Assembly: GCA_964016885.1 (NCBI GenBank)
Contig: OZ024740.1
Span: forward strand, 385,888,001 to 385,952,000
DNA length: 64,000 bases
Direction: 5' to 3'
Origin: Eledone cirrhosa
Lineage: Eukaryota
A program made the translations under genes and the position numbers. Under the pieces are notes generated by a model. The model had not been told where the DNA came from. It did no database searches and saw only the letters and a program-made list of their open reading frames with translations. Position 1 is the stretch's first letter; each line of letters opens with the position of its first letter. Shown one piece after another: positions 62,501 through 64,000 of the stretch.

Positions 62501-64000
62501 CTTGCAAATAGCCACTCTGTTGGACCTGAGGTCATTTAAGAGTTTGCCCTGTTTCCAGGACATCCCCAGGCCGCGTGCATTCACGCATCTAACTCTTATA
62601 TCGGCCATGTTGGTGCTGAAGAGTTAAAAGGAAGAGGAAAGGAAATTACTTACCTCTTCGTCTCCTGGGGACCAGGCTGCACAATTTCCATGGGGGTGTT
62701 GGAAGGGTTGTTTGGTGGGGTGGTGGTTTGTGGTGGGGTGAGGACATCAGTGTGTGGGTGTCTGGTGTGGGGGTGGGGAAACATTTCAATAGAATGCGGT
62801 TAAATGGTTTGGTGCAGGGGGGCCCCACATCCATTGGATGGTTCTTTTTCAGTGTTATATAGGTATCCATTGGGACCCTAATCATCTTTAGGTGCGGTTT
62901 GCCCGCTGCGTAGGTAAAAGTGATCCCTTCGGTTTCCACCAAAGCGTTATTGTCTATTGCTTTCATCAAAGTTTTATTGTTCTAGTTAATGTATGTATAG
63001 TGTTTTTGTTGTGTTGTGTTTGTTTGTTGTTCTTGTGCGTGTTTGCGTTTTGTAGTATGTGTTATGTTTTCAGGAGGGGTGGGTTTTTTTTGTTTGTGAT
63101 GTTTGTTCTGTTTGTGCTGGTGGTTGTGTGTTTGTTGCATTTTTTTTAATGTGGTGCCTTTTTTTCCTTTTCACCTGTTGGAATGGTTCTCCCTCGTCGT
63201 CACTGGGTGACGTTGATATGGAGTCCTCTTCCGTGTTGTTGGGGAGGGGTATATTTTGGAGTTTTGTTGTGGTTGCTTTTGTATTTGTTTTAGGTGGGGA
63301 GGGGGTTGGGTGGGACAGTGTCTTGTGTTGTTATTTTTGCGTGTTGTGGTGGTGGTTGTTGTTGTTGTGGTGGTGGTGGTTGTGTTGTTGTGTTCGGTGT
63401 TGGCAGAAGTGCCTTTTTTTTACTCGTTAATTGAGGACAGGCAGCCCTCAGGTGAGCCCTGCTTAAGCAGTGGGAACATGACGGCCGCCTACCCTCCACT
63501 GAAATGTTTATATAAGTTAGCCTGTCCAGAGGCACGTGTTGTGGGATATTAGCTATTCGTTGTGGGCTCATTTGCACCAGAACTTCTACGCTAGTCCCAC
63601 TAAATACACCTCCAGAGGACTTTCCTAATGAGATTATCCTGTCTTCATCAAAATCAATGAATCCACATAGTATCCATCAAATATTTACATTTAGTGTGAT
63701 ACTCATAATTTTTATTTTTCGTGTCCTTTTCTCCCTGTATGTGGGGAAAAGGGTGAAACGGGGGGGGGGGGGGGACACAATGGGTGATACAGCGTATTTT
63801 TGTGCCGTTGGCTGGCCATTCATTAGCACCGAAATGCTACCAAACAGTTTTCCTCTTTGGATAAAGGTTATGTCCTTCATTACATCTTTTAGAACCAACT
63901 CAATTGCATTTTGTGATAATTGAGCTGGTTTTCTGGTTTCGTTAAATATTGTCCTTAAAACTGTGGTTTTCAGGACAGCCTCTCTACGTAATACCTGTGG
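59515..64000 (-). mobile_element. Tx1/L1-clade LINE, decayed, extending beyond the window: ORF1 (CCHC knuckle) and ORF2 (APE EN + RT + C-terminal Cys motif)
   Basis: ORF1 CSHCLSRAHLRAAC (63290-63577); ORF2 starts MADIRVRCVNARGL at 62608; RPITLLNTDLKILAK, LDQSKAFDRV, QGCPLS, AYADD (60312-61751); CPRC...ETVAHTFVHC; frameshifts. Confidence 0.9.

Noticed and set aside
46392-64000. Next Sidekick exon (rest of FN3-13 and transmembrane segment)
   Set aside because: No phase-1 exon with FN3 or transmembrane character found by eye; probably beyond the window, although a diverged exon could have been missed

Overview
AT-rich animal genomic DNA, most likely from an octopod cephalopod (inferred from the SINE and RTE repeat families, not proven). 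The host gene is on the + strand: 12 GT-AG exons (1626-46391) splice in frame and encode fibronectin type III repeats 7 to 13 (first half) of Sidekick (Sdk), an Ig-superfamily neural adhesion molecule. The gene runs off both ends of the window. The introns are dominated by transposons. These include a full-length RTE LINE with an intact 1039-aa ORF, a 7-bp TSD and a 4x98-bp array in its 5' UTR, nested inside its own partner SINE; a second near-intact RTE with one 8-nt deletion; and two antisense 5'-truncated copies. Also present are R4/Dong-like, Tx1/L1-like, CRE-like and Penelope-like remnants; hAT, piggyBac, Tc1/mariner and Helitron non-autonomous elements; and CORE-type and Deu/Nin-type tRNA SINEs. 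The most interesting observations are: a C4HC3 PHD finger inside the RT domain of the RTE protein; the monomer-like 5' array; several minimal hammerhead ribozymes, one with a compensatory U3-A8 core; a 14-aa in-frame duplication inside Sidekick FN3-8; many intronic foldback hairpins; and competing inverted RTE copies around exon 5. All family assignments come from motif recognition by eye; no database search was run.
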